Shown here piece by piece: positions 60,546 through 64,000 of a DNA stretch of 64,000 bases. Each line of letters begins with the position of its first letter. Position 1 is the stretch's first letter. The notes under the pieces were generated by a model. The model was not told the origin of the DNA, ran no database searches, and saw nothing but the letters and a program-made list of their open reading frames with translations. The DNA lies in the NCBI GenBank assembly GCA_032718475.1, contig JAUCBJ010008117.1:62001-126000 (forward strand), read 5' to 3'. Origin of the DNA: Nemertoderma westbladi. Its lineage: Eukaryota; Animalia; Xenacoelomorpha. Made by a program: the position numbers and the translations under genes.

Positions 60546-61914
60546 ACCCAGTCGCAGTGTAACCGGTTTCTCAAACGGCAGTGATTTTTTATGTCCTTTT
60601 ATTTGACTTTTTTGTCCTCCTTTTTTTACGAATTGTGCATAATGACTTTTGTTGTCCTTTTAATGACTTTTGTTGTCCTTTTAATGACTTTTTATGTATG
60701 TATTTCTTCAAACTGTCAGACCGCTGATTTCTGGACTGTCAGACAGTTGATTTCAACATGCCTATACCAAAACATTCAACATTTTTGTAGATTTCTGGTC
60801 TGTCGGGCAGTTGGTTTCACTATGCCTGTGCCAAAACATTCCATGATTCCATGATTTATAGACTATGAGATAGAATTCCATATGCGCCTGTGGTAAAAGA
60901 CTCTAAATTTAATAGTTTGTGGTTGTTGTCGATAATCGATTACCACATGACGTAGCAAAACACTCATTTTATAGCCAAAAACAATTACCAATTGATGGAA
61001 AGGAGCAGGTTAAGGCCGGATTTTCTAACCAAAACAATAAACAGTCACTTTACCAAATCAGGGAAAGGAGCAGGTTACAGAGGCGGGATTTTCTAACCAA
61101 AACAATAAACGATCATTTAACTAATTGAGGGAAAGGAGCAGGTTACAGAGACGGGATTTTCTAACCAAAACAATAAACGATAACATTACCAATTGAGAGA
61201 AAGGAACAGGTTACAGAGGCGGATTTTCTAACCAAAACAAGTCACTTTACCAAGTCAGGGAAAGGAGCAGGTTACAGAGACGGGATTTTCTAACCAAACA
61301 ATAAACGATAACATTACCAATTGGGAGAAAGGAGCAGGTTACAGAGGCGGGATTTCCTAACCAAAACAATAAACGATCACTTAATTAATTGAGGGAAAGG
61401 GGCAGGTTACAGAGGCGGGATTTTCTAACCAAAACAATAAACAGTCACTTTACAAAATGAAGGAAAGGAGCAGGTTACAGAGGCGGGCCTTTCTAACCAA
61501 AACAATAAACGGTCACTTTACCAAATCAGGCAAAGGAGCAGGTTACAGATGAGGCGAGATTTTCTAACCAAAACAACCGGTTAGCCGGTAGGCCTACCAG
61601 TACCGTATTTAAATGGTAGGCTACACAGTAGGCCTACAGCAGTACCGGTGCCGGTACCGGTACTAAAATACAGAAATGCCTGCTTTATACCTACATCTGT
61701 ACATACAATACAGCAAAATAGTGCTATATATACTAATACCGGTACTGATAGCCTGAGAGAACAGCAGTAGAGAAACCGGTAGCATGGAACCTAACATTAG
61801 ATTTTTGGAGGACATAAAAAATAAAAAAAAAGGACAAAAAAAGGATTTAAACGGACAATAAAAATTATTGCGTTCTCAAACTAGGTTGAGATCCGTTCTT
61901 ACTGCGAAACTGGT
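60546..61914. mobile_element. Possible degenerate non-autonomous CMC/EnSpm-like element
   Basis: Imperfect TIRs CCAGTCGCAGTGTAACCGGTTTCTCAA and TTGAGATCCGTTCTTACTGCGAAACTGG, with inverted TGTCCTTTT / AAAAGGACA subterminal motifs. Confidence 0.4.
60997..61576. repeat. About 67-bp tandem repeat, about 9 copies
   Basis: GGAAAGGAGCAGGTTACAGAGGCGGGATTTTCTAACCAAAACAATAAAC... units. Confidence 0.9.
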
Positions 61915-62957
61915 TTAGCGAAACTACAGTACAGTTGTAGTACTGAATGTATAACTTCAAGCTATTTTAATTTAAGAAGGCATAAAGTACACGGGGATCA
62001 AGCAAGCTTAGCGGCAGTATGATGTCATTTATTGTGAAAATACAAACGAATAGTAAAAAAAAAAAAAAATAGATGAACTGCAGAACTGCGAACGCTAACT
62101 GTGGGGCGAGCCATGTAGTTTAGCATACAGTTTACTACGGGTGAATTTACTGTAAAATTTACTGTGATGTGTTAATATAAGTTTAGCATACAGTTTACTA
62201 CGGGTGAATTTACTGTAAAATTTAAACTGTAAAAATGTGATAATATGTTAATTTGGGCTCTAGTAACTCCAAACACCCAAACCCAGTAAAGGGAGAAATA
62301 CGCACTGTTGTCACCGAAACCGGCCATTTTCCTGATGGCCCCATGGGCCAATTCGTAATTTTTTGATGAGTCAGAAATTAGTTTTCTTTGCGGCATTCTT
62401 GTGAACAACAGGCCTGGTAACTGCGTGAAACCGGTGGAAAACTTATACTTTAACCTATACATAGATATACTGTAATAGACTACACCCACCAAGCACCAAA
62501 TCAATAAGCCGCTTACTTCACCCATCGCACTCCACCCCATCCTTACTCCTCATCCACTATAACGCACTCTCTACCCACCCCATTACTCCATTCCATTTCT
62601 CTTCAATCTTCCAGCACCCCAACCTCACCCTACCCTACCACACATCCTCACCCAAAATCACATTAAGCCATACACTTCCACCCATTAGTGTAGCAGTGCA
62701 GCAGGTGGCATTCGACATAGTTTTCGCATAAATATATTGACTCATTGAGGTATATATACCGTAGTAGGCCTATCACTTTACGATTCACCAGTCACTTTCA
62801 CACAAAATATGTAAAAATACTATTTTATATTATGTTGATGACAGTTTAAATATGGTAGTTTGCGTTATATTATCAGCGTATTATTAGGAATTACTACTAC
62901 AACTAAGGTAAGCCGCTACATTATTTATCTACACCGGCGCGGTTGCCAGGCCTGGCA

Positions 62958-63236
62958 ACCATTGCACCCGGCGCCACAATAATACCCACTGCACCCGCTG
63001 CCCCAACAATACCCACTCCCCGTGGCGCCCCAACAATACCCACTGCACCCGGCGCTCCAACAATACCCACTCCCCGTGGCGCCCCAACAATACCCACTGC
63101 CCGTGACGCCCCAACAATACCCCACCCACTGCCTTGACGCCCCAACAATACCCACTCACAGTGGCGCCCCAATAATACTCACTGACCCCGGGGCCCCAAT
63201 AATACCCAATACAAGTGGCGCCCCAATAATACCCAC
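62958..63236. repeat. 27-bp GC-rich minisatellite
   Basis: GCCCCAACAATACCCACT(GCACCC/CCCCGT)GGC units. Confidence 0.9.
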
Positions 63237-64000
63237 TAGACATAACCTAACTCAAGAACCTATCCCTAATTGTATTGATATTGTAAATTGATAATTGTAT
63301 TGTTGGAACTGTTACGCGATTAAGCTGCGGGATCATCTTTGTGTTAAATTAATCCTTAATCCTTATACGTGGATGTGTTTGTGTATAATATGAAGACGAC
63401 GACGATGGCGACGCTATGCTAAGGCTCACCTGGACTTAGTATACGTCTCAGAGTGCTTTGTGTTGTTGCTAAATTAGGCCCGCCGAACAATAGAGATGCA
63501 AGATGCACGATGCAAGATGCAAATTTTTTTTTAGAATACATTATTTCCTATCAGACCACGCACACTTGAGATGCAAGATGCGAAAAAGGATATCCTCGAT
63601 GTTCTGTTTTTGGATCTTGCATCTTGTATCTCGAATTATAGAATACATGGTAGACTATGGGCGGCCGTACACTAGAGATGCAAGATGCATGATAAATTCT
63701 AATTTTGAAATATATATTAAAAAATGTCATCAAAGGCAGCCGCCAATCCTCCCTATATCATAATGTAGTTCAATGACCAGTTGGTTGGTTCAATGTTGAT
63801 TGATTGTATGTTGATTTGATACATGTCGAATAATGCCGGGGGTGGGTTTATGTTATTACCGCGTAGGTAAGGCAGAGATTTATATAAGAAAATATCTGAT
63901 TTATTCTTCTCAGATCCCAGTAGGTGTATGTCTGTTATACGTTTTTTTAAACAATATATTTTACATTTACGATATATTCAATATTCAAACCATGCCTATT

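Noticed and set aside
62921-63291. Pro/Gly-rich ORFs on both strands
   Set aside because: They derive from a 27-bp minisatellite that is open in several frames; no flanking gene structure is supported.

Overview
Eukaryotic, repeat-dense DNA, probably from an invertebrate animal (inferred from the TE families and long intron-free ORFs). There are two host genes: an intact, intronless CLPTM1L (58624-60222, -) and the C-terminal part of AASDH/ACSF4 (about 35571-37945, +). The AASDH 5' half is replaced by an antisense BEL/Pao integrase fragment. Positions 2513-22841 form a nested LTR complex. A decayed minus-strand BEL/Pao element carries an orphan ORF between pol and its 3' LTR. A related solo LTR sits 11 bp inside one LTR (TSD CGCTT). 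A young gag-only LTR element (15543-22725, TSD TTCGT) sits in the other; it lacks a tRNA-type PBS, may self-prime, and carries arrays of small hairpins where pol would be. The window also holds an IS3EU-type foldback element with a 6-bp TSD, two RTE-clade LINE copies, CR1-like LINE fragments, many MITE-like inverted repeats and several minisatellites. A Pol III/tRNA-like cassette has a hammerhead ribozyme motif in place of its anticodon arm (about 54865-54968, -). No CRISPR array, rRNA or intact tRNA was seen. All calls are by eye; no database searches were run.
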